Positions 20,389-27,061 of a DNA stretch of 42,859 nucleotides are shown here, piece by piece. Below the pieces are notes generated by a model that saw only the letters and a list, made by a program, of their open reading frames with translations, did no database searches and was not told the origin of the DNA. Each line of letters starts with the position of its first letter. Positions within the stretch are counted from its first letter, which is position 1. The DNA comes from Clostridia bacterium (lineage in GTDB: Bacteria; Bacillota; Clostridia; Oscillospirales; QAMX01): contig JAKSPX010000001.1 in the NCBI GenBank assembly GCA_024404415.1, forward strand, positions 1 to 42,859. The letters are read 5' to 3'. The position numbers and the translations under genes were made by a program.

Positions 20389-20736
20389 TTATTCCGCGTC
20401 AAGTTCTTTGACCGCGAGAGTGATGTGAGAGGTTCTCTTATTGATGCGGTCGGCTCTGCCCTTAGCTCTGGGCATCATTCTCTTCATGATGGGGCCGGGC
20501 CCGACAAGAACTTCACTGACGTAAAGCTTGTCAACATCCATCTCGAAGTTGTTCTCAGCGTTCGCCATGGCGTTCTGGAGCAGCTTGGAGAGCGGTTCGC
20601 TTGCAGCCTTGGGGGTGAAGCGAAGGATGGCCATAGCTTCCTTAGCCTTTTTGCCGCGGATCAGATCGCAGACGATCTTGACCTTGCTGGGGGAAATACG
20701 GACGTTTCTGACGTATGCTTTAGATTCCATGTTCAT
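20389..20736 (-). CDS. rplV: 50S ribosomal protein L22
   Basis: AYVRNVRISPSKVKIVCDLIRGK...RAKGRADRINKRTSHIT. Confidence 0.95.
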   Translation of the reverse strand: MNMESKAYVRNVRISPSKVKIVCDLIRGKKAKEAMAILRFTPKAASEPLSKLLQNAMANAENNFEMDVDKLYVSEVLVGPGPIMKRMMPRAKGRADRINKRTSHITLAVKELDAE

Positions 20737-20744
20737 TTCCTCCC

Positions 20745-21026
20745 TTATTTACCGGTGTTGGAGGTCTTGGAACCCGCGTGGCCTCTGAAGGTACGCGTCG
20801 GGGCGAACTCGCCGAGTCTGTGACCGACCATGTCTTCGGTAATATATACCGGAACGTGCTTTCTGCCGTCATGCACCGCGATGGTGTGGCCGACGAAGTC
20901 CGGGAAGATCGTCGAAGCGCGGGACCATGTGCGGAGGACCTGTTTGCTTCCGCTGGCATTCAGTTTCTGAACTCTCTTGAGGAGTTCCGGGGCCACGAAC
21001 GGCCCTTTCTTAACACTTCTGCTCAT
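20745..21026 (-). CDS. rpsS: 30S ribosomal protein S19
   Basis: [11 protein letters not shown]...[41 protein letters not shown]. Confidence 0.95.
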   Translation of the reverse strand: MSRSVKKGPFVAPELLKRVQKLNASGSKQVLRTWSRASTIFPDFVGHTIAVHDGRKHVPVYITEDMVGHRLGEFAPTRTFRGHAGSKTSNTGK

Positions 21027-21043
21027 TTAATCTTTACCTCCGC

Positions 21044-21877
21044 TTATTTACCGTTGCGTCTCTTGACGATGAACTTATCGGTGCGGTTCTTCTTCTTGCG
21101 GGTCTTGTAACCGAGGGTCGGCTTACCCCACGGGGTAACAGGGCCGGGACGGCCAACAGGAGCCTTGCCTTCACCACCGCCGTGCGGGTGGTCGACCGGG
21201 TTCATAACGGAGCCGCGGACGGTCGGGCGGATGCCCATGTGGCGCTTGCGGCCGGCTTTACCGATCTTGATGTTTTCGTGCTCGTGAGCACCGACCTGAC
21301 CGATGGTGGCGATGCAATCGAGACGGATGAGTCTGACTTCGCCGGAGGGAAGTCTGACCTGAGCGTAGCCGTTTTCCTTCGCCATGAGCTGCGCAGCGCT
21401 GCCGGCGGTACGGACGAGCTGAGCGCCCTTGCCCGGGTAAAGTTCAACGTTGTGAATGAAGGTACCGAGCGGGATGTTGGCAAGCGGCAGGGAGTTACCG
21501 GCGATGATGTCGGAGTTCGGACCGGAAACGACTTTGTCGCCGACCTTGAGGCCTTCCGGAGCGATGATGTACGCTAAAACGCCGTCTTCATACTTGATGA
21601 GAGCGATGTTCGCGGTACGGTTCGGGTCATATTCGAGCGAAATGACTTCGGCGGGGATGTCAGTTCTCTGACGCTTGAAGTCTACGATTCTGTACTTCTT
21701 GCGGTTGCCGCCGCCGTGATGGCGAACGGTGATCCTGCCGTAGCTGTTGCGGCCGGCGTGCTTCTTCTTGGAAAGGAGCAGGCTCTTCTCGGGGCCGTTC
21801 TTGGAAAGGCCTTCGATCTGGAGGGACGTCATGTTACGGCGGGACGGAGTCGTCGGTCTATAAAGTTTGATAGCCAT
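21044..21877 (-). CDS. rplB: 50S ribosomal protein L2
   Basis: [14 protein letters not shown]...[15 protein letters not shown]...[18 protein letters not shown]. Confidence 0.95.
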   Translation of the reverse strand: MAIKLYRPTTPSRRNMTSLQIEGLSKNGPEKSLLLSKKKHAGRNSYGRITVRHHGGGNRKKYRIVDFKRQRTDIPAEVISLEYDPNRTANIALIKYEDGVLAYIIAPEGLKVGDKVVSGPNSDIIAGNSLPLANIPLGTFIHNVELYPGKGAQLVRTAGSAAQLMAKENGYAQVRLPSGEVRLIRLDCIATIGQVGAHEHENIKIGKAGRKRHMGIRPTVRGSVMNPVDHPHGGGEGKAPVGRPGPVTPWGKPTLGYKTRKKKNRTDKFIVKRRNGK

Positions 21878-21894
21878 GTTTCTTTCCCTCCGTC

Positions 21895-22185
21895 TTACAT
21901 CATGCTGTCAAAGAACTCGATGGTCTTGGAATCATCGGTGATCTTGACAACTGCTTTTTTCCAGTCGGGACGGAAGCCGGAATGGACGCCCATTCTCTTT
22001 TCCTTGCCCTTGACGTTGATGGTGTTGACGCTTTCGACCTTGACGCCGAAGATCTCTTCGACAGCGCGGGCGATGTCGATCTTAGTGGCTTCCTTGGCTA
22101 CTTCGAAGGTGTACTTACGCTCGGAGATGGCCATGGTGGATCTTTCGGTGATGATCGGCTTTTTGATGATATCGTACTTGTTCAT
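21895..22185 (-). CDS. rplW: 50S ribosomal protein L23
   Basis: [11 protein letters not shown]......KYTFEV...[17 protein letters not shown]. Confidence 0.95.
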   Translation of the reverse strand: MNKYDIIKKPIITERSTMAISERKYTFEVAKEATKIDIARAVEEIFGVKVESVNTINVKGKEKRMGVHSGFRPDWKKAVVKITDDSKTIEFFDSMM

Positions 22186-22805
22186 GCAAATACCTCCTCG
22201 AGTTTCGCAAGGGCTGCCTTGTCGAGAACGAGAACGTCCGCACCGAGAACACCGTAGGTGTTGATGAGGGTGACATCGGTCGGATTGACCTTATCGATGT
22301 TGCGGGCGCTGCGGTAGAGCTTGTCGTTTTCGCCGGTGTAAGCGAGCATGACCTTGCCTTCAGCCTTGACCGCCTTGAGGAATTCAGCGATCGCCTTGGT
22401 CTTGTATTCGTCGGCAGCGATGGTGTCGATGACGATGATCTTGCCGTTCTGAGCCTTGTCAGCGAGGACAGACTTCAGAGCCAGGCGGCGGATCTTCTTA
22501 TTGATGGTGTAGCCGTATTCTCTCGGCTTCGGGGCGAATGCCACGCCGCCGTGATGCCACTGCGGTGCGCGGATGGAACCCTGACGGGCACGACCGGTGC
22601 CCTTCTGTCTCCACGGCTTGCGGCCGCCGCCGGAAACTTCGGATCTGGTCAGAGCGGACTGAGTACCCTGGCGCTGGTTGGCGAGGTAATTGACGACCAC
22701 CGCGTGAACGGCGGACATATTGGGCTCGATGCCGAAGATGGCATCATTGAGTTCGGTCTCACCGACAACTTTGCCGGTCATATCAAGAATATCTAACTTA
22801 GCCAT
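22182..22805 (-). CDS. rplD: 50S ribosomal protein L4
   Basis: VVNYLANQRQGT...RSEVSGGGRKPWRQKGTGRARQGSIRAPQW.GGG; ATGA overlap with rplW. Confidence 0.95.
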   Translation of the reverse strand: MAKLDILDMTGKVVGETELNDAIFGIEPNMSAVHAVVVNYLANQRQGTQSALTRSEVSGGGRKPWRQKGTGRARQGSIRAPQWHHGGVAFAPKPREYGYTINKKIRRLALKSVLADKAQNGKIIVIDTIAADEYKTKAIAEFLKAVKAEGKVMLAYTGENDKLYRSARNIDKVNPTDVTLINTYGVLGADVLVLDKAALAKLEEVFA

Positions 22806-22822
22806 TACTTAACCTCCTCGTC

Positions 22823-23461
22823 TTAAAGAGCACGGGTGGTGTTCTTAATGACCACCGCGCCGCCCTTGGGTCCGGGGATCGCGCCGCGCACTGCGAGAAG
22901 ATTCTTCTCGGCGTCGACCTTGACGACCACGAGGTTCTGAACAGTGACCTGTTCAACACCGAGGTGACCGGCGAGTCTCTTGCCGGGCATGACTCTGGAC
23001 GGGTCAGTGGATGCGCCCATGGAACCGGGGCTTCTGTGCACAGGGCCGACACCGTGGGTGTGCGTCTGGACCGCCTGGCCCCATCTCTTCACGACGCCCG
23101 CGTAGCCCTTACCTTTGGAAATACCGACGACGTCAACATGATCGCCTTCAGCAAAGACATCCGCCTTGATGACGTCACCGACGTTCATCGCGGAAGCGTT
23201 CTCAAGTTTGAACTCCCTGAGGACCTTGACCGGAGCGACGCCCGCCTTCTTGACGTGGCCGAGTTCCGGCTTCGTGAGCTTCTTTTCCTCAACGGTATCG
23301 AAGCCTACCTGGACTGCGTCATACCCTTCCTTGTCAGCCGTCTTCTTCTGGAGGACGGTGCAGGGACCCGCTTCAATAACGGTTACGGGAATGACCTTTC
23401 CGTTTTCATCGAAGATCTGGGTCATGCCGACCTTTTTTCCGATGATCGCTTGCTTGAGCAT
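22823..23461 (-). CDS. rplC: 50S ribosomal protein L3
   Basis: IIGKKVGMTQIFDENGKVIPVTVIEAGPC.V.Q.KT..KDGY.AVQ.GF...GKG.AGV.KRWG. Confidence 0.95.
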   Translation of the reverse strand: MLKQAIIGKKVGMTQIFDENGKVIPVTVIEAGPCTVLQKKTADKEGYDAVQVGFDTVEEKKLTKPELGHVKKAGVAPVKVLREFKLENASAMNVGDVIKADVFAEGDHVDVVGISKGKGYAGVVKRWGQAVQTHTHGVGPVHRSPGSMGASTDPSRVMPGKRLAGHLGVEQVTVQNLVVVKVDAEKNLLAVRGAIPGPKGGAVVIKNTTRAL

Positions 23462-23535
23462 TTTTCTGTTCTCCTTTCAGCTATTGGTTGATCTTTCGAC
23501 CAACTTGACCGCCGGCTCATTGCCGGGTTTTACAA

Positions 23536-23844
23536 TTAAAGCTTTATTTCAATTTCCACGCCGGCGGGGAGGTCCAGAGTAGTGAGGGCTTCCATCGTCT
23601 TGGCGGTGGGCTTTAATATGTCGATGAGTCTCTTGTGAGTGCGTCTCTCAAACTGTTCGCGGCTGTCCTTGTACTTATGAACAGCGCGGAGGATGGTGAC
23701 GACTTCCTTCTTGGTGGGAAGCGGGATCGGGCCGACAACTTCGGCGCCGGTGCGCTTCGCGGTTTCGACGATTCTCTCAGCCGACTGATCGGCGAGCTGA
23801 TGATCGTATGCCTTGAGTCTGATTCTGATCTTGTCCTGTGCCAT
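23536..23844 (-). CDS. rpsJ: 30S ribosomal protein S10
   Basis: [35 protein letters not shown]...[23 protein letters not shown]; AGGAGG RBS. Confidence 0.95.
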   Translation of the reverse strand: MAQDKIRIRLKAYDHQLADQSAERIVETAKRTGAEVVGPIPLPTKKEVVTILRAVHKYKDSREQFERRTHKRLIDILKPTAKTMEALTTLDLPAGVEIEIKL

Positions 23845-24247
23845 TGTTTCTTTTTCCTCCTGATTTTCACCTTTACGTGATTGGTGGTTCGGAGAGAACG
23901 TGCGTTATGAGGTAAGTCCCCACATCTTGTGGTTTCTTTTCCCAGCTCATCATTATCTTGTACTCTCTTCCGCGTGTTCTGCGTTTCCCCAAATTAAAAC
24001 CGCATTGCCATTTTCAAATCGGCAATCCGGTCGCAAGGAAACCAGCGGACGCGCTCCGCGAACCACATACGTGTTTCCCGAAGCCGTATCCGCGAACGCC
24101 AAGGAGCACCGTCTGATGACGTGCTTCATCGCCAATTTCCCAACCGCCCGATTCTCGGCCGTTATTCCGGCCCGGACATACTCCACGAAAAAACCCTGCT
24201 TTCACAGGCAACCTTTCGCTTCATCGCACGTCCCCACACACGGGGAC
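23845..24247 (-). promoter_or_regulatory. Long (~400 nt) structured 5' leader of the S10 operon
   Basis: No credible CDS lies between the promoter (24254-24282) and rpsJ. It has a 5'-proximal hairpin GUCCCC-GUGUGU-GGGGAC, further GC hairpins (GGCCG..CGGCC, GCGGA..UCCGC) and an internal terminator-like element. Confidence 0.45.
23991..24030 (-). terminator. Terminator-like attenuator inside the S10 leader
   Basis: Minus strand CCGGAUUGCC-(11 nt)-GGCAAUGCGG (9/10 bp) followed by UUUUAAUUU, 146 nt upstream of the rpsJ ATG. I saw no promoter-like hexamers between it and rpsJ. Confidence 0.5.
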
Positions 24248-24253
24248 TCTAAT

Positions 24254-24282
24254 ATAGTACACCTAATGTATCGGAATGTCAA
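24254..24282 (-). promoter_or_regulatory. Putative sigma-A promoter of the S10 operon (TTGACA-17-TACTAT)
   Basis: Minus strand TTGACA (24282-24277), a 17-nt spacer, and TACTAT (24259-24254). Confidence 0.6.
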
Positions 24283-24546
24283 GTGTTATTTTCAAATAAT
24301 CCGCAAATTTATGCCCAAAAGACCTTTCTTCCCCACTTTCATAAGGGTGAATTTGCACAAACGCCGTTTTGCGTTTTCCGGCCTTTTCCGGTTTTCTCCG
24401 ATTTTTCTCATGCGCGGTAGGCTATATTTTCACTTCCCTGCGCCCCATATAGGTTTTTCCGTTTCGCCGTACCCCAAGATGTAGACACAGTATAATGGTT
24501 TCATTCCAAACGCGCTTATTTCTCGCGATGCAGATTCGGCAAATTG

Positions 24547-24581
24547 ACCGACCTCGGAAATTTGTGAATTCCAAGGTCGGT
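24547..24581 (-). terminator. Weak terminator-like hairpin after XRE gene 1
   Basis: 8-bp stem ACCGACCT/AGGTCGGT with an inner GGAA/TTCC helix; only a short U tract (CAAUUUG) follows. Confidence 0.35.
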
Positions 24582-24589
24582 GAACTTCA

Positions 24590-24826
24590 TTATAAATTCT
24601 TCATCAATGGGTACGGAGAAGTCTGATTGGTAAGGCAGAGGATATAATCGGTGCTGACCTTGTAGAAGCGGGCAAGTGTAATGAGATGGTGGATGGGAAT
24701 TTCGTTGAGTCCCTTTTCGTAGCGGGAATAGACCTGCTGAGTGGTACCTAAAAGCTCGGCAACATCCTTTTGCTTTAGGTCATGATCTTCACGCAATTCC
24801 CGAATACGGTCAACATAGGTTTTCAA
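24590..24826 (-). CDS. XRE-family helix-turn-helix transcriptional regulator (78 aa)
   Basis: HTH_3 pattern IRELREDHDLKQKDVAELLGTTQQVYSRYEKGLNEIPIHHLITLARFYKVSTDYILCLT. TTG start with GAGGTGA RBS. Confidence 0.85.
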   Translation of the reverse strand: MKTYVDRIRELREDHDLKQKDVAELLGTTQQVYSRYEKGLNEIPIHHLITLARFYKVSTDYILCLTNQTSPYPLMKNL

Positions 24827-24850
24827 TGCTCATCACCTCAGAAGAAGTCT

Positions 24851-24879
24851 ATCATACATCATAAATGATGTATTGACAA
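24851..24879 (-). promoter_or_regulatory. Promoter of XRE gene 1 (TTGTCA-17-TATGAT) with a 20-bp perfect palindrome in the spacer
   Basis: -35 at 24879-24874 and -10 at 24856-24851. The palindrome ATACATCAT-AA-ATGATGTAT occupies 24854-24873. Confidence 0.55.
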
Positions 24880-24901
24880 AACACCACATGAGGTGTATAG
24901 T
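24873..24901 (+). promoter_or_regulatory. Outward (plus-strand) promoter TTGACA-17-TATAGT pointing antisense into XRE gene 2
   Basis: -35 at 24873-24878 (overlaps the minus-strand -35) and -10 at 24896-24901. The spacer holds the imperfect palindrome CACCaCATGaGGTG (24882-24895). No credible plus-strand CDS lies downstream. Confidence 0.45.
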
Positions 24902-24917
24902 ATATTCTGCCGATGGA

Positions 24918-25163
24918 TTAAGGATTCTCTATTTCTGTCCGGCTCTCACTTTTCGGATACGGTTCCGGGCAGTCGGTCAGACCCAAAAGATAATCCACGC
25001 TGGTGTGATGAAATTTCGCAAGCCGGATCAGAACCTCGGTGGGAATGTCCCTCTTGCCCATTTCATAATGCGAATAACAGACCTGTGAGCAGTTGAGATA
25101 ATTGGCCAAATCTTTCTGTAAAAGGTCGCTGTCCTCCCTAAGATCGCGTATTCTCCGATACAT
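24918..25163 (-). CDS. XRE-family helix-turn-helix transcriptional regulator (81 aa), paralog of 24590-24826
   Basis: IRDLREDSDLLQKDLANYLNCSQVCYSHYEMGKRDIPTEVLIRLAKFHHTSVDYLLGLTD. GGAGG RBS 9 nt upstream of the ATG. Confidence 0.85.
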   Translation of the reverse strand: MYRRIRDLREDSDLLQKDLANYLNCSQVCYSHYEMGKRDIPTEVLIRLAKFHHTSVDYLLGLTDCPEPYPKSESRTEIENP

Positions 25164-25197
25164 CTGCCTATACCTCCTGATAATGAATCAGGATAAG

Positions 25198-25227
25198 TAT
25201 ATACAAAACAATTTGTTCTATTGACAA
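25198..25227 (-). promoter_or_regulatory. Promoter of XRE gene 2 (TTGTCA-18-TATATA) with operator half-palindrome in the spacer
   Basis: -35 at 25227-25222 and -10 at 25203-25198. AAAACAATTTGTTCT (25205-25219) lies in the spacer. Confidence 0.45.
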
Positions 25228-25249
25228 ATAAAACAAATTGTTTTATAAT
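25221..25249 (+). promoter_or_regulatory. Consensus sigma-A promoter (TTGACA-17-TATAAT) for the three-gene module, with a palindromic operator in the spacer
   Basis: TTGACA at 25221-25226 and TATAAT at 25244-25249. The 19-bp palindrome ATAAAACAA-A-TTGTTTTAT occupies 25228-25246. Confidence 0.7.
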
Positions 25250-25275
25250 TGTGGAAAAAGAAGGAGGTGAAAGAA

Positions 25276-25581
25276 ATGTCTGCTAATACACCACCGATCG
25301 GGATGCGATGCTTTTTGCTGACCGTGTTAAAGTTGATCAACGAGGGCAAAAAAGAAAGCTGCACTTTTATTGAAGAATCCATTTCTAATGGCGTTGCAAG
25401 CGTGCTGTATGAGAAGTACCGCCCGGCGTTTGACAAAACAAGAGCAGACCCGACATTCCTGAAGGAGATCGACGGCTATTTTGAAAAAAACTGGGATGAC
25501 CGCAAAGAATTATATGCCTGTGAAGAGCAGGACGGCCTTGCACTGTTAATTGCGCTTGCGCTCAATGAAATTTGTTTGTGA
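25276..25581 (+). CDS. Hypothetical small cytoplasmic protein (101 aa)
   Basis: AAGGAGGTG RBS 6 nt before ATG 25276 (track start 25249 lies upstream of the RBS). I recognise no motif. Confidence 0.6.
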   Translation: MSANTPPIGMRCFLLTVLKLINEGKKESCTFIEESISNGVASVLYEKYRPAFDKTRADPTFLKEIDGYFEKNWDDRKELYACEEQDGLALLIALALNEICL

Positions 25582-25596
25582 AAAGAGGATATTGAA

Positions 25597-25935
25597 ATGA
25601 GTGAAGAGGAAAAGACAAAACTAATCAATAAAATCGGACTAATAACTTTAATTTGCGTAATTGTAATAGGTATCATAGCCATTTGTATTGCTTACAATAC
25701 AACAAAAATGCCAAGCAGCTATTCCCATTCCGGCAGCTCATCGTCGTCCTCGTCAAGCAGCTATTCCAGTTCCGGCAGCTCATCGTCGAGTAATAATTGC
25801 GGCGGACCGGGAAAATGCAAGTATAAAGTGGACGGCAATTACGTATGCAGTAAATCCGCCACCAACGGGAGTTACTGTCAGGAACATTGGGACTATCTGA
25901 ACTCAGCCTATAATTCATTGTTCGGCGGCAATTGA
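25597..25935 (+). CDS. Hypothetical single-pass membrane protein with poly-Ser linker and Cys-rich C-terminal domain (112 aa)
   Basis: AGAGGA RBS. TM helix IGLITLICVIVIGIIAICIAY, then SSYSHSGSSSSSSSSSYSSSGSSSSS, then CGGPGKCKYKVDGNYVCSKSATNGSYCQEHW. Confidence 0.65.
   Translation: MSEEEKTKLINKIGLITLICVIVIGIIAICIAYNTTKMPSSYSHSGSSSSSSSSSYSSSGSSSSSNNCGGPGKCKYKVDGNYVCSKSATNGSYCQEHWDYLNSAYNSLFGGN
25712..25788 (+). repeat. Tandem 42-nt duplication encoding the Ser-rich linker
   Basis: The segment CAAGCAGCTATTCC..TTCCGGCAGCTCATCGTCG occurs at 25712 and again at 25754, including an exact 19-mer at 25728-25746 and 25770-25788. Confidence 0.75.
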
Positions 25936-25950
25936 CCATAAATCGGATAA

Positions 25951-25987
25951 AGAGAAGGTTAGGCAAAACTGACCTTCTCTTTGCTTT
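25951..25987 (+). terminator. Hairpin/partial terminator between the membrane-protein and lipoprotein genes
   Basis: 9-bp stem AGAGAAGGT/ACCTTCTCT with a 12-nt loop, followed by TTGCTTT. Confidence 0.45.
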
Positions 25988-25998
25988 AGGAGAAAACT

Positions 25999-26847
25999 AT
26001 GAAGAAATATACTTTTATATTCTGTTTGCTTATTTGCCTTTTTGGGATTTTAACCGGCTGTCAATCCTCGCCGGCGGCAGGAGAAAACATTCCGCATCAG
26101 ACCGAAGAAGAAGTGACTTCCGCAGGAACGACCGGGACGGTCGAGGAGGCACCGGAGACGGAGGAAAGACTTATATTCCTCAATGACCGCTTTGCGAGGG
26201 TAGTGGAAATCGGGAATCAAATGATGGATTGTCTGGACGGAATCGAGCAATCCAATGCGTATGACAAACTGTCACAGGCCGATCAATACACGGCGGAAAT
26301 GAACGGGATCTTTGACGAGATCGTCAGCAGATGCGAAAACGATGCGAGCTGTGATCGACTCGTATATCAGATCCGTTTGACACAAAATGTAAGCCCTTCA
26401 AAAATCGGCTCAAATAACGCCGGAGCTATTGCGGATCAGGTCATTCTGTACCAGCTTTTCATGCAGCAGATGTCCAGTTTGTTTGCCTATCTGGCGGATG
26501 AAATGGATTATCTGTCGGGAGAAACAAACCGTATCATGGAGATAGAGTATTTTACCGAGGTCGACGGTATGCCGACGCCGGACACCATAATTCGAGGGAT
26601 TCAATATGATTCTCTGTCGACTGCGGACGGTGTACGGCAGTATATCTACCGTATCGGAGATAATGATTCGGATGCGCAGAGCAATTACAATATATATCTG
26701 AAAGCATTGGAAATGGACGGGCACTTTGAAACGAAAATCGAGGATGATTATACCTTTATTTTGAGAGACGGAGCAGTTGTTTCTATTTCCGCGGCGGGCT
26801 ATGATACGGCAATGGGATATTATCTGATTGTGAGTTTTCCGGGTTAA
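25999..26847 (+). CDS. Hypothetical lipoprotein (282 aa)
   Basis: Signal peptide with lipobox MKKYTFIFCLLICLFGILTG-C. AGGAGA RBS. I recognise no domain in the mature part. Confidence 0.7.
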   Translation: MKKYTFIFCLLICLFGILTGCQSSPAAGENIPHQTEEEVTSAGTTGTVEEAPETEERLIFLNDRFARVVEIGNQMMDCLDGIEQSNAYDKLSQADQYTAEMNGIFDEIVSRCENDASCDRLVYQIRLTQNVSPSKIGSNNAGAIADQVILYQLFMQQMSSLFAYLADEMDYLSGETNRIMEIEYFTEVDGMPTPDTIIRGIQYDSLSTADGVRQYIYRIGDNDSDAQSNYNIYLKALEMDGHFETKIEDDYTFILRDGAVVSISAAGYDTAMGYYLIVSFPG

Positions 26848-26914
26848 TGAGATGGTCATATCCCGAAAAAGCATCTCCCTTTGGGAAATGTCATTAGGTT
26901 AAGCACGAGTCTGG

Positions 26915-27035
26915 TAGGGGCGCATGCCTACATGCGCCCGAAAGGCATCGGATCAAGGCACACTATACTTCTTGGCGGCATTGTACGTTGCCCTCTCAGA
27001 CGGCTTCGCCGTCAGCTCTCCCGGAGGGAGAGCCT
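26915..27035. repeat. GC-rich multi-hairpin intergenic element (REP/MITE-like)
   Basis: Hairpins GGGCGCATG-CCTA-CATGCGCCC (26918-26939), GGCA..GTAC..TGCC, GACGGC-TTC-GCCGTC (26999-27013) and GCTCTCCC-GGA-GGGAGAGC (27015-27033) in a region with no credible ORF. Confidence 0.4.
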
Positions 27036-27061
27036 TAACCGATCTTCGCGAGAATCTTTAC

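Noticed and set aside
19732-20823. 363-aa plus-strand ORF
   Set aside because: It is antisense to rpsC, rplV and the rpsS end. It crosses gene boundaries and has low-complexity Asp/Leu/Gly/Val content.
23900-24484. 194-aa plus-strand ORF, and the 77-aa minus-strand ORF (23953-24186), in the rpsJ upstream region
   Set aside because: Neither has an RBS. Both have odd composition (Phe/Pro/Arg-rich), and they span the promoter and the attenuator hairpin. The region is better explained as the structured S10 leader. The minus-strand ORF cannot be fully excluded as a leader peptide.
24873-25096. 71-aa and 67-aa plus-strand ORFs antisense to XRE gene 2
   Set aside because: Their starts (TTG 24873, GTG 24893) lie inside or upstream of the predicted promoter elements, so they would not be on the transcript. 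They have no RBS and lie antisense to a well-supported HTH gene.
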